Notes: generated by a model not told the origin, from the sequence alone. A stretch of DNA of 31,761 nucleotides from an uncultured archaeon (GCA_964426185.1 CAYRPF010000011.1:1-31761), one strand, 5' to 3'; numbered from the stretch's first letter, positions 18,670 through 27,723 are shown. Numbers and translations: made by a program.

Positions 18670-19836
18670 ATGGAAATAGAAAAACAGATTCTTCCAGGAA
18701 ATTCATGGGTGGTTGGTAACCTTCCCTTTGGATGCAAGTTATGCATGCAAGGTATGAAAGTAGTATATTTTATGGGAGGAGATTGTAATCATCCTTCACA
18801 TTGTCAGTGGTATTGTCCCGTTTCAGAACATCGTCGCAGTAGCCGAGCACACTTTGTGGATGAATTGGCAATATCTTCTCCTGATGATATAAATTCCATA
18901 TTAACTACTTTGAAAAAGGAGATTGATACCGTAAAAGCCAAAGGTATGAGTTTTACTGGCGGAGATCCCCTTTCCTCCCCGCGAAAGAAAAACATGGTGT
19001 GTGCGATAATTCGAGAATTAAAAGTGATATATGGTCCAGATTTCCATATTCACCTATATACTTCGGGAGTTACTTTTGATTCATTAATTGCAGAACAATT
19101 GGATCAAGCAGGTTTAGATAGTTTAAGATTTCACCCTTCTCAAGCTGATATCTCCAAAATAGAACTCGCAATGGGACATTCATACTCTGTGGGTGCAGAA
19201 GTTCCCGTAATTCCCATGGAAGAAAATCATCGTTTGCTGTTGGAATTAATTGAATATCTTCAAGCTGTAGGAGCGGACTACATTAATCTAAATGAATTTG
19301 AAATGTGTGCCCCTAATCAGGAAGCGTTACTTGAAAAGAAATTTAATTTAAAACAAGGAACATTAGCGACTGTAGAGGGTTCTCGAGAATATGCCGATCG
19401 TATTTTAGAGAAAATTCTTCCTTCCTCTAATTTAACTGTCCATTTTTGCTCAGTGGTGGTAAAAGACCAAGTGCAAATTAGACAACGTTATCTTCGAAGA
19501 GCAGAGAAAATAAAATATCCTTATGAAGAAATTTCGGATGACGGATGTCTTCTTTTTTTACGAATCCAAGGTCCTGTGTCAGAAGTACGAAAAATTGAGA
19601 AAATTCTACAAAAGAAGGTAAAAATCCCACAAAGAATGATGAATTTAAACCCTACTAAAGGAACTTTGGATCTTCCGCCAGTTTTAGCAGAAGAGATTGG
19701 ATTTCGAGAATTACTAACGGATTTTCAGGTGAAATGTGGCATTTTTGAAATTTTACCATTTCGAGAACCTGAATTGGGAGAAATAAGGGAATATACTCCC
19801 GTTTTTGACAATCTCCCTCGACATTCAGTTAATTAA
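18670..19836 (+). CDS. radical SAM protein (archaeal COG2108-like)
   Basis: LPFGCKLCMQGMK, cluster motif CNHPSHCQWYCP, FTGGDP, FHIHLYT, GLDSLRFHP, VGAEVP, INLNEFE, VHFC. Confidence 0.85.
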   Translation: MEIEKQILPGNSWVVGNLPFGCKLCMQGMKVVYFMGGDCNHPSHCQWYCPVSEHRRSSRAHFVDELAISSPDDINSILTTLKKEIDTVKAKGMSFTGGDPLSSPRKKNMVCAIIRELKVIYGPDFHIHLYTSGVTFDSLIAEQLDQAGLDSLRFHPSQADISKIELAMGHSYSVGAEVPVIPMEENHRLLLELIEYLQAVGADYINLNEFEMCAPNQEALLEKKFNLKQGTLATVEGSREYADRILEKILPSSNLTVHFCSVVVKDQVQIRQRYLRRAEKIKYPYEEISDDGCLLFLRIQGPVSEVRKIEKILQKKVKIPQRMMNLNPTKGTLDLPPVLAEEIGFRELLTDFQVKCGIFEILPFREPELGEIREYTPVFDNLPRHSVN

Positions 19837-19848
19837 TTCTTAATTTTT

Positions 19849-20883
19849 TCATTCGGAAGGTATAGCCGTTAACAAATTCCCGTGTAGAAGACTTTTGATG
19901 AATTTTATTTTTATTTCTTGATTCGGCTGGAGATTTATTCTACTGAGAACTTTCACTGCCCAGTTTTCACCAAATTGAGCAACATATTCATTTTTCCATC
20001 TTCCCTGCAATAAAATTTTTACTTTGGCTTTTTGTTCTCTTAACACATTTGGCATAATTGCATTAGTTTTATGAATTCCAAAATCATCGGGTCCCAATTT
20101 AAGTTTTAAACCGGTTTTTTTTTCCCATCCTTGGAGTATTTGATAGAAATATGAAAACTCACGCATTTTTGCTCGATGAATTTTGCGTCCTGTTTTATAG
20201 GTAAGATAATTCTGGATACCTAGCCTTAATTTTGGCCAAGTATACCCTTGTTGATGCTTCCTTAAAAGATACTCGACAATATCTTGAATCCCCTTATCAT
20301 TTACACCTTTAAACCATACGGGTGCAATTAAAAGTTCCATATTCGATTGTAATACCTCTTCAAAAGTTTGAAGCAGTCTAGGTAGATTATAAGATTTCAC
20401 ACCACAGTAATTCGCACATGAATTGGGATCCATACTGTTTAAAGAAATGTTAAGTCGATCTACCCCCCATCTTTCCAGTTTTTGAATCAGATCATGGTTA
20501 AGTAATAATCCATTGGTTTGTAAACTTATTGTTTTAACTTTCTGGAGCGTTTTTATACCTTTAATTAGTTGTTCAATTTCAGGATAGAGAAAAATTTCAC
20601 CATAGGGAGCTAAATGAATTTCAATACTATCATCTTGTTTAAAATCTACCGCCTTTTGAATCCATCTTAATAAATAATCAGAATCTGCCACAAAATTTCG
20701 CTGGTAATCACCCGCCGATACAAAGCAATATTTGCAGTATAAGTTGCAGATCGTGATAGGCTTAACTTCAAGCACGTTGGTGCCCCTATCCAAAATTCCT
20801 AAAAAATCTAATCCAAAAAGCGGAATAGGTATGTTCGATCCAATTGTAATCAGCGGGGCAGTTTTAGTTCTATTTGGGCACAT
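19849..20883 (-). CDS. radical SAM protein with C-terminal TRAM-like domain (archaeal COG2100-like)
   Basis: GILDRGTNVLEVKPITICNLYCKYC (CxxxCxxC), GEIFLYP, QTNG, LIAPV, LGIQNY, DFGIH; beta-rich C-terminus. Confidence 0.85.
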   Translation of the reverse strand: MCPNRTKTAPLITIGSNIPIPLFGLDFLGILDRGTNVLEVKPITICNLYCKYCFVSAGDYQRNFVADSDYLLRWIQKAVDFKQDDSIEIHLAPYGEIFLYPEIEQLIKGIKTLQKVKTISLQTNGLLLNHDLIQKLERWGVDRLNISLNSMDPNSCANYCGVKSYNLPRLLQTFEEVLQSNMELLIAPVWFKGVNDKGIQDIVEYLLRKHQQGYTWPKLRLGIQNYLTYKTGRKIHRAKMREFSYFYQILQGWEKKTGLKLKLGPDDFGIHKTNAIMPNVLREQKAKVKILLQGRWKNEYVAQFGENWAVKVLSRINLQPNQEIKIKFIKSLLHGNLLTAIPSE

Positions 20884-21965
20884 TATAACTCCACCTTGTA
20901 ACGAAGTATTGCAGCTATTTGACCATATGATTGAAGTTGTTCTCCAGCTGGATTCATGGTGCTTAATATATGCACATTACCCCTGGTTGCTTCAGTAGCA
21001 TTGAGAGTATCTTCAATTTTCTCTCTTTGCTTTGGAACGGCTGATCGTAAGAGAATATCACAAATTAAGAGATCTTCAACCGCACCCATTTGAGCACTGA
21101 GGGCGGTTTGATCAAGTCCATATACAGCAGTCCCATTATCTTTTCCCAGATGTTCTATGAATTTTGCCATAATCATTTCATCTTGAGCTAGCTTAAAATC
21201 GGATTTAAGTGCAGCTAAACTTCCATTACGAAGAATTTCATAAATAGCGCTAAGTTCACCTGAACTGGCATTTATCACCCGGATTTCAATATTTTTTTCT
21301 TTGGAATTTTGATAAGAATGAAAATGTTCGGCAAAATGCTCTTTAGCAAATCCAGGTCCGCATACAGCAATAAAATTTATCCCTAATTTCTCACAATTCT
21401 CCTGAAGAACATTAACCACTTGATCAAAAAATTTTTCAACGGCGGCCTTATGAAACTGCTTTTTGTATCGCTTTCCAGGAATATTTTCGTTAATAGTCAC
21501 TATGGGAGTGAGAGAATAATTTGATAGAACTGCAATATTTGCCAACCCAGTTTCAATTGCGACAACCAATATTTTACTTGAACCGTCTCGATTCATACTC
21601 CGGCGAATGCGATTGATATCATTCTTAAACCATTTATCTTTGAAAATACGTATTCTCTGCCCTGGTTCCAAATTGAATGTATGGTGCTGGCCGTGGGACA
21701 CATAATCTTCAGGCCCTTCAAGAATGGTTCCAGTTACTCTTAGTCGATTGGAAAATTCATGAAACTCTACCTTCTCCACGTCAAGCAAGATTGTCATAGG
21801 TTTTCGTTCTCCAGCATCACCTTCGCGTAAAACAACTCTCCTAACGGTCCGCCCTTTAATTTGATCCCCAGGAAGAATAATATTATATAAGATCCAAAGA
21901 TCGTCTAGTGAGTCAATTTGAACTAAAATTTCTCCATTTTTTGAGTTATTCTTCAATATTTGCAT
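20883..21965 (-). CDS. pelA: mRNA surveillance protein pelota (Dom34)
   Basis: SLDDLWILYNII, VEKVEFHEFSNRLRVTG, GQHHT, IPGK, GPGF, AVYG, GAVEDLL, IAAILRY. Confidence 0.95.
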   Translation of the reverse strand: MQILKNNSKNGEILVQIDSLDDLWILYNIILPGDQIKGRTVRRVVLREGDAGERKPMTILLDVEKVEFHEFSNRLRVTGTILEGPEDYVSHGQHHTFNLEPGQRIRIFKDKWFKNDINRIRRSMNRDGSSKILVVAIETGLANIAVLSNYSLTPIVTINENIPGKRYKKQFHKAAVEKFFDQVVNVLQENCEKLGINFIAVCGPGFAKEHFAEHFHSYQNSKEKNIEIRVINASSGELSAIYEILRNGSLAALKSDFKLAQDEMIMAKFIEHLGKDNGTAVYGLDQTALSAQMGAVEDLLICDILLRSAVPKQREKIEDTLNATEATRGNVHILSTMNPAGEQLQSYGQIAAILRYKVEL

Positions 21966-21978
21966 CTTATTGTAATCA

Positions 21979-22800
21979 CTATTCCATATTTTTGATAGAA
22001 TATAGTTTTGTAGGCCGAATACTTTCGTTAAATAATTTTAAGGAATAAAAATTAAAAACATCCTCCATTGCTTGAACCATTTCAGGTAAATAAATCTGGT
22101 TGAAGTAAATCTCTGCTGAATTTACATCAAGTTCCTTTATCTTTGAGTTTATTTCTGGATCTTCCGAATTCGGAGATGAATTCTTGTTTTGGGAAGGAAT
22201 TCTTCGTAAAAGATCTGAATACGAAAAATTATATCTCTGAATTAGCATTTTGATCTCACTCTGATTAGGCGATTGCCATGAAGAATATCCTTTTTTTGGA
22301 ATTTTCTGAGATAACCATTGAATTGCATTAGATATTTTATTTTTTTCACCAAAGAGAATATGGTCACATGAAAATGCACTGGTAGCTTGAATTTTTTTAG
22401 ACAAACCACCCGCAAATATGAGCGCTTCGGAAATCTGCCGCTGAAGTGATAAATATAACAATAATTCCATTTCAGGTTGATTGGAAATATTCAACCCATT
22501 TTCAAATGCATAATCAAGGCGATGAAGTATCATGCGGATTTGGTTAAGAGATATCACTAATGGTTTTCGAATTATTTGATAAAACACCGAATATTTGGTA
22601 TTGAGTTCACGCTTGATATCTAAATAGAGAGAGATAGGATCAGAAGTTGGTTTTTCTGTAAATATAGATTCTGCATTCCCTTCATACTGCCAAAGGAGAA
22701 AACAAAAAGAATGACTTGAATTTGTAGAATCTTTGAGTAAAGAACTGGATAATTCATACACATGATAAATCTTCGAAAAAATAATGCTCACCAAATCCAC
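21979..22800 (-). CDS. cgi121: KEOPS complex subunit Cgi121-like protein (long form)
   Basis: AFENGLNISNQPEMELLLYLSLQRQISEAL matches the Cgi121 signature (NIAxxxxxExLLYxSxxRQIxxA). GTG start. Confidence 0.6.
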   Translation of the reverse strand: MDLVSIIFSKIYHVYELSSSLLKDSTNSSHSFCFLLWQYEGNAESIFTEKPTSDPISLYLDIKRELNTKYSVFYQIIRKPLVISLNQIRMILHRLDYAFENGLNISNQPEMELLLYLSLQRQISEALIFAGGLSKKIQATSAFSCDHILFGEKNKISNAIQWLSQKIPKKGYSSWQSPNQSEIKMLIQRYNFSYSDLLRRIPSQNKNSSPNSEDPEINSKIKELDVNSAEIYFNQIYLPEMVQAMEDVFNFYSLKLFNESIRPTKLYSIKNME

Positions 22801-22822
22801 AATACTTAATTAGAAAATCTCA

Positions 22823-23398
22823 TTAACTTTCAAAAATATAGCGCCCACTTTGTTGAACGAATTTTGCAGCCATATAATTGTGGTAATCAATATCAGTAGA
22901 CTCCCATGGATAATGAATCCACCGATCTAATGTATACTCCCCAACAAAATACCTTTTAATTTCTGGTGGAATATGTCCTAATTTCTCCTTCTTTTTATCG
23001 TGTAAGACAACAACAGCAATTTCCTTAGGATTACATTTTAGTAATTCACTTAAAGTGTATTCTAACGTTCCACCACTATCATTTACTTCATCTACGAGTA
23101 GAACATTTTTACCGTTTAATTTTTCTTGATCATCATCCAACCATTGAATACGGCGTAATTTTTCCATCCGATTATCATTTTCATCATAATAACTTAAACC
23201 TACAGTCAAGACTTTACGATTAATATAAATTTTTAATATACGGGCAGGGATAAAACCCCCAGTTCCGATTGCAATCATAAAATCAGGGTTAAAACCAGAT
23301 TCTTCAATCCTTTTTGCAAGTTTTTGCACCAAACGATGCATTTGTGTATAAGTGAAATAATATTCGCCGTTTGCTGGTTCTTGAGGGCTGTTAGTCAT
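22823..23398 (-). CDS. hypoxanthine/xanthine-guanine phosphoribosyltransferase (yeast HPT1/XPT1-like)
   Basis: PRPP motif VLLVDEVNDSGGT; AIGTGGFIPARIL, IQW, VLHDK, YPWESTDI. Confidence 0.88.
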   Translation of the reverse strand: MTNSPQEPANGEYYFTYTQMHRLVQKLAKRIEESGFNPDFMIAIGTGGFIPARILKIYINRKVLTVGLSYYDENDNRMEKLRRIQWLDDDQEKLNGKNVLLVDEVNDSGGTLEYTLSELLKCNPKEIAVVVLHDKKKEKLGHIPPEIKRYFVGEYTLDRWIHYPWESTDIDYHNYMAAKFVQQSGRYIFES

Positions 23399-23569
23399 TA
23401 GATATATAAGCTTTTAAATTGATATAATTTTTGTGATTTAGTTATAATTTTTTTTTCGAATTCTTAGAATATTTTTAATCCCTCAAATATAAATAATTCG
23501 AGCTCTGATGTTGCCTTAGTTAAAAAATAAAAATCAAAGATTATTTCGATAGCGGAGTGGTTGCTATAG

Positions 23570-24193
23570 ATGATGAATTTACCAAAAAAAAGTGATGAAT
23601 TGGATTATTCAGAGCAAATTTATATTAAAATATCCTCAGATCATCCAGAAATTTTCCAGAAAATCCAGAAAAATGCTCCGTATATCAATCATTTATTAAA
23701 CCAGCAAACTAATAACAAATTTTTCCTGGAAGTTATTGAAAATGGATTATTGTATATATATCATGATTTTTCCGTTTTTTATCTATTGAATCAACCATTT
23801 ACGGCCAGACAAGTGAGCACATTTATAAAGAAATCTAAAAAAGTTCATGAATTTCGCGATATATTCCCGTTCTATCTTGATGAATCGACTTTTCCTTCAG
23901 ATGGTATAAAAATTTATTTTCAAACCACTTCAGAACCAAAGAACAAAATCATTCAAGTGGGCAAAGCTCACTTTTATTCACTTTTTAAGAATAATGTCAG
24001 AATTTCACAAAATATCGAGGGAGATCTTTATATTCATTTTTTAGATGTACAACAATTTTCATTGTATTTGGCGCTAATGGCATCTTTATTAGCAGGAATA
24101 TTCAAAAAAATTACTAATGAAAGCGTTCCACCTCAGATTTCCTCTCAAATTTCTAATGAATTTCCAAAACCTTCACAAAAAATAGAGAAGTAA
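23570..24193 (+). CDS. hypothetical protein, possibly divergent ThiI-N/THUMP domain
   Basis: 207-aa ORF with plausible coding layout; weak pattern similarity to the ThiI N-terminal ferredoxin-like plus THUMP domains, by eye only. Confidence 0.45.
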   Translation: MMNLPKKSDELDYSEQIYIKISSDHPEIFQKIQKNAPYINHLLNQQTNNKFFLEVIENGLLYIYHDFSVFYLLNQPFTARQVSTFIKKSKKVHEFRDIFPFYLDESTFPSDGIKIYFQTTSEPKNKIIQVGKAHFYSLFKNNVRISQNIEGDLYIHFLDVQQFSLYLALMASLLAGIFKKITNESVPPQISSQISNEFPKPSQKIEK

Positions 24194-24295
24194 TTCGTTG
24201 CTCTTTTCATTCATTATTGATGTAAATTTCACTATTTTGTATTTTGCATTACCCTCCAAAAAATTATTAGGGTTCCTCACTATCTTTTTATTCGC

Positions 24296-25288
24296 ATGGC
24301 ATATCATAAAATTCTTGAAGATCTTCTCCAATGGATGTTCCAATCTGTGGGTGATGATTTACTAGCTGTGGTTATTGTTGACCGGGAGGGATTGGTATTA
24401 GCCAGTTTACTGAAAGAAGGTTTAAATGAAGAAATTTTAGGTGGAATTGCGGCTTTAGTTGAACCTGTTTTAAAACGTATCTCATCAGAATTCCAGAGTG
24501 GAAATTTTGGAACTGGTTCATTTGATACTGCAGATTATCGATTAATCTTCTGTGAATCTGGGCCAGATGCAATTTTAGTTATAGCTGCAGATGCAATGAC
24601 ATCTATCGATGAATTATTTCCCTATACTTATTTATGTGCTGAAAAAATAACGCGGATACTAGACGGTCGCCCGGTAAGCCCAGTTATTCCTAGTTTTCAT
24701 AAAGCAACTCACGATACAACCCGGCATGAGGATATCGTCAGAATTTTAATTCGCGAAGGCGCGTATGTGTTGAAAACGATTCTTGGTGGAGATGGAGGTG
24801 TAGGAAAGACTACTTTGGTTAATAATTTCATAGATGCCACTTTTGAACAAGATTATAAACCTACAATAGGTGTCAGTATCATGAAAAAAGCAGTCATTTT
24901 TGATCAATGGGGGGTAGAAATTCGATTAACTCTTTTTGATTTGGCTGGTCAGCAGCAATTTTCACGAGTCCGGCAAACTTATTTTCAAGGTGCAAAAGCA
25001 GGTCTGCTGGTTTTTGACGTAACCCGTCCAGAGACATATAATAATATAGAGAAATGGTATAGAGAGGCAACCAAGGTAGAACCTGAAATTATATTAATAC
25101 TGGTAGGAAATAAAATTGATAAAGTGGATGAACGAAAAGTAACGAAGGAACAAGGCCAATTACTGGGAGAAAAGTTGAATATCCCATATATCGAAACTTC
25201 CGCTTTAGATAAGGATGTTGTGGAAGAAGCATTTCGCACTCTAGCATTCATGTTTTTGGAAGGAATGAAAATCACAGAGAAATTTTAA
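24296..25288 (+). CDS. Roadblock/LC7 domain fused to Rab-like small GTPase
   Basis: N-terminal Roadblock (AVVIVDREGLVLAS...LIFCESGPDAILVIAA); G1 GDGGVGKT, G2 PTIGV, G3 DLAGQ, G4 NKID, G5 ETSAL. Confidence 0.9.
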   Translation: MAYHKILEDLLQWMFQSVGDDLLAVVIVDREGLVLASLLKEGLNEEILGGIAALVEPVLKRISSEFQSGNFGTGSFDTADYRLIFCESGPDAILVIAADAMTSIDELFPYTYLCAEKITRILDGRPVSPVIPSFHKATHDTTRHEDIVRILIREGAYVLKTILGGDGGVGKTTLVNNFIDATFEQDYKPTIGVSIMKKAVIFDQWGVEIRLTLFDLAGQQQFSRVRQTYFQGAKAGLLVFDVTRPETYNNIEKWYREATKVEPEIILILVGNKIDKVDERKVTKEQGQLLGEKLNIPYIETSALDKDVVEEAFRTLAFMFLEGMKITEKF

Positions 25289-25365
25289 ATGATTATTTTT
25301 TCTTGATCAAGTTTGATTTCTTTAAAAATAGAAATTTTGAAAGGTAATCCAAGAATACCTTATAT

Positions 25366-26382
25366 GTGAGTTTCGAATTTTTACTACCGTATGAAGCAAC
25401 CCCACATGTCTATCTTATAAAAGCTGAAGAACCAACCAATCCACAATTCGGTTTTTCTCCAGATAATCGCCCAATTCAGCATCATATTAATATGGGTATT
25501 GTCAATGTAGATAAACCTCAAGGACCAACTTCTCATGAAGTAGCTTCTTGGGTGAAGAAGTTATTCGATCTTTCAAAAACAGGTCATGGAGGAACTTTGG
25601 ACCCTCAAGTAACAGGAGTCCTTCCAATTGCTTTAGGTAGGGCAACCAAAGTAATTCGAGCACTATTGACGGCGGGAAAAGAATATATTTGTGTAATGTA
25701 TTTACACGAGGAAGTTTCAAAGGAAAGAATTGAAAGCGCATTAAGACTTTATACCACTTCTCTTTATCAACGTCCCCCGTTAAAATCATCTGTGGCACGT
25801 AGACTTCGAATTCGTAAAATATATTATACTCAATTGCTTGAAGTACGGGATAAATTCGTTTTATTCCGAGTTGGATGCGAAGCAGGAACTTATATTCGAA
25901 AATTATGTTATGATATTGGTGAATCATTACTATGTGGAGCACATATGGTTGAATTACGCCGAACACGCACCGGAGATTTTCGAGAAGACACTTTATGTAC
26001 ACTTCAAGATTTGCATGATGCTTTAACGATTTTTCGTGAAGAAAATAATGAGCGTTATCTCCGTGCTCTTATCACACCCATGGAAAAAGCTGTGAAACAT
26101 TGGAAGAAAATATATATTCGAGATTCTGCAGTAGATGCCATTGCCCACGGTGCAAGCTTAGCAGTTGCAGGAGTACTTTACTTAGAAAAAAGCATAGAAA
26201 AAGGAGATTCAGTGGCAATCATGACCCAAAAGGGTGAGTTAGTTGCATTTGCAGTGAGTTTGATGACAACCCACCAGATTTTAAAGGCTTCACACGGCAT
26301 TTGTGCAAAGACTCAGAAAGTTTTCATGCCTCGTGGATGGTATCCTAATTGGCAAGAAACAAAAATTAAAGAAAATCTATAA
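25366..26382 (+). CDS. cbf5: H/ACA RNA-guided pseudouridine synthase Cbf5
   Basis: VDKPQGPTSHEV, catalytic GHGGTLDP, QRPPLKSSV, CEAGTYIRKLC, C-terminal PUA domain. Confidence 0.95.
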   Translation: MSFEFLLPYEATPHVYLIKAEEPTNPQFGFSPDNRPIQHHINMGIVNVDKPQGPTSHEVASWVKKLFDLSKTGHGGTLDPQVTGVLPIALGRATKVIRALLTAGKEYICVMYLHEEVSKERIESALRLYTTSLYQRPPLKSSVARRLRIRKIYYTQLLEVRDKFVLFRVGCEAGTYIRKLCYDIGESLLCGAHMVELRRTRTGDFREDTLCTLQDLHDALTIFREENNERYLRALITPMEKAVKHWKKIYIRDSAVDAIAHGASLAVAGVLYLEKSIEKGDSVAIMTQKGELVAFAVSLMTTHQILKASHGICAKTQKVFMPRGWYPNWQETKIKENL

Positions 26383-26390
26383 AATCTGAT

Positions 26391-27122
26391 GTGATAAAAA
26401 TTCCACCAAAAAATAACTCATCCCATTATTTTACTTCTTCTCATTCAGCAGTAAGAAATATTAAAAAACTTTTTATTGCAGTTAGAAGACAAAATTTAGT
26501 TCTACAAACCAGTGGAGAAGTTTTTTCTCCAGAAAAATTAGATAAAGGAACGGAAATCCTTCTTAACTCCATAATATTGCCAGAATCAAAAGAAAAACTA
26601 AATATATTAGATTTAGGAGCGGGTTATGGCCCGATCACCATCTGGTTAGCAAAAACATTGGCAGATGAAGTTTTTAATCAGAAAATTTTACCTGATCAAT
26701 ATAAAATTTACGCTTCTGAAGTTAATGAGCGCGCGGTATGGCTGATGAAACGTAATATTTTAGTAAATAACTGCAAAAATATAGAAATCCTCCGTGGTCC
26801 ATTTCAAGATCGAATTAACGAACTAAAAGAGCAAGGAATTCGATTCCAAGCTGTATATTCAAATCCTCCTTTGAAAATGGGGCATAAAACAATGTTGGAC
26901 CTTTTCCAAGCAGCGGCTGATCTTTTAACAGAATATGGATTTATCCAATATGTTCATAAAAAAAAATTGGGGGCAGAAGGTTTTCAGAATAAACTTCAAG
27001 AACTCTATCCATCGTGGTCTCTTGTTACTTTGAAAAAACAAGCTGGGTATCACGTAATAATATTCTCAAAACACCCCATTTCTCTTCCACCCCGAATTAC
27101 TACCTCTAGTGGATATTTCTAA
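26391..27122 (+). CDS. class I SAM-dependent methyltransferase (RsmC/MTS-like)
   Basis: HYF, VFSPEKLDKGT, LDLGAGYG, SEVNERA, SNPP, GYHVI. Confidence 0.88.
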   Translation: MIKIPPKNNSSHYFTSSHSAVRNIKKLFIAVRRQNLVLQTSGEVFSPEKLDKGTEILLNSIILPESKEKLNILDLGAGYGPITIWLAKTLADEVFNQKILPDQYKIYASEVNERAVWLMKRNILVNNCKNIEILRGPFQDRINELKEQGIRFQAVYSNPPLKMGHKTMLDLFQAAADLLTEYGFIQYVHKKKLGAEGFQNKLQELYPSWSLVTLKKQAGYHVIIFSKHPISLPPRITTSSGYF

Positions 27123-27291
27123 TACTAATTAATCTGGAAAATAATATTATAAGATTTTCCGTATTTTGATATATTAAATTCTTATTATTTTTTAACAGAA
27201 TTTGTTCAATAATTCGAAAATTAGAAGAAAGCCCCTTGTACGTAAACGTTAACCTTTAAGAAAGAACTTTATTCTCCTAACTTCAAAAAGT

Positions 27292-27309
27292 CGAAAAATT
27301 TTTTTAATA
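27292..27309 (+). promoter_or_regulatory. putative BRE/TATA promoter of rpoH-rpoB
   Basis: CGAAAAATTTTTTTAATA; a GC-rich hairpin begins about 25 nt downstream. Confidence 0.5.
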
Positions 27310-27414
27310 TGGCGATTTACATCTCTTGTGCACACCGGAATTTCTCCCGGGAACTCCGGAATGATTTGATTTATATTTTATTTAGAATTTTCTTTAAAAG
27401 AGTTGAATTCATCA

Positions 27415-27672
27415 TTGGCCAAAAAAAGTAAAAAATTAGATGTTTTAGCACATGAACTTGTTCCGTTTCATTCAATTTTATCAAAAAAAGAAACGAAACA
27501 GTTATTAAAAGATTACGCCATCCGTTTGGTAGATCTCCCACGAATTTATCAAGATGACCCAGCAGCCATTGCACTAGGTGCCCGAGAAGGCGATGTGATA
27601 AAGATCGTGCGTAAATCAGATACGATTGTCGACACAGTCGATACTTATCGATTTGTAGTTTTAAGACGATGA
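27415..27672 (+). CDS. rpoH: DNA-directed RNA polymerase subunit H (Rpo5)
   Basis: HELVPFHSIL, LPRIYQDDP, GDVIKIVRKS, YRFV. Start is TTG 27415 or TTG 27403. Confidence 0.93.
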   Translation: MAKKSKKLDVLAHELVPFHSILSKKETKQLLKDYAIRLVDLPRIYQDDPAAIALGAREGDVIKIVRKSDTIVDTVDTYRFVVLRR

Positions 27673-27723
27673 TTTCTTCTCTGATAACACTTATTATCAA
27701 TTTAACATCCCTGAGGTCCAAAT

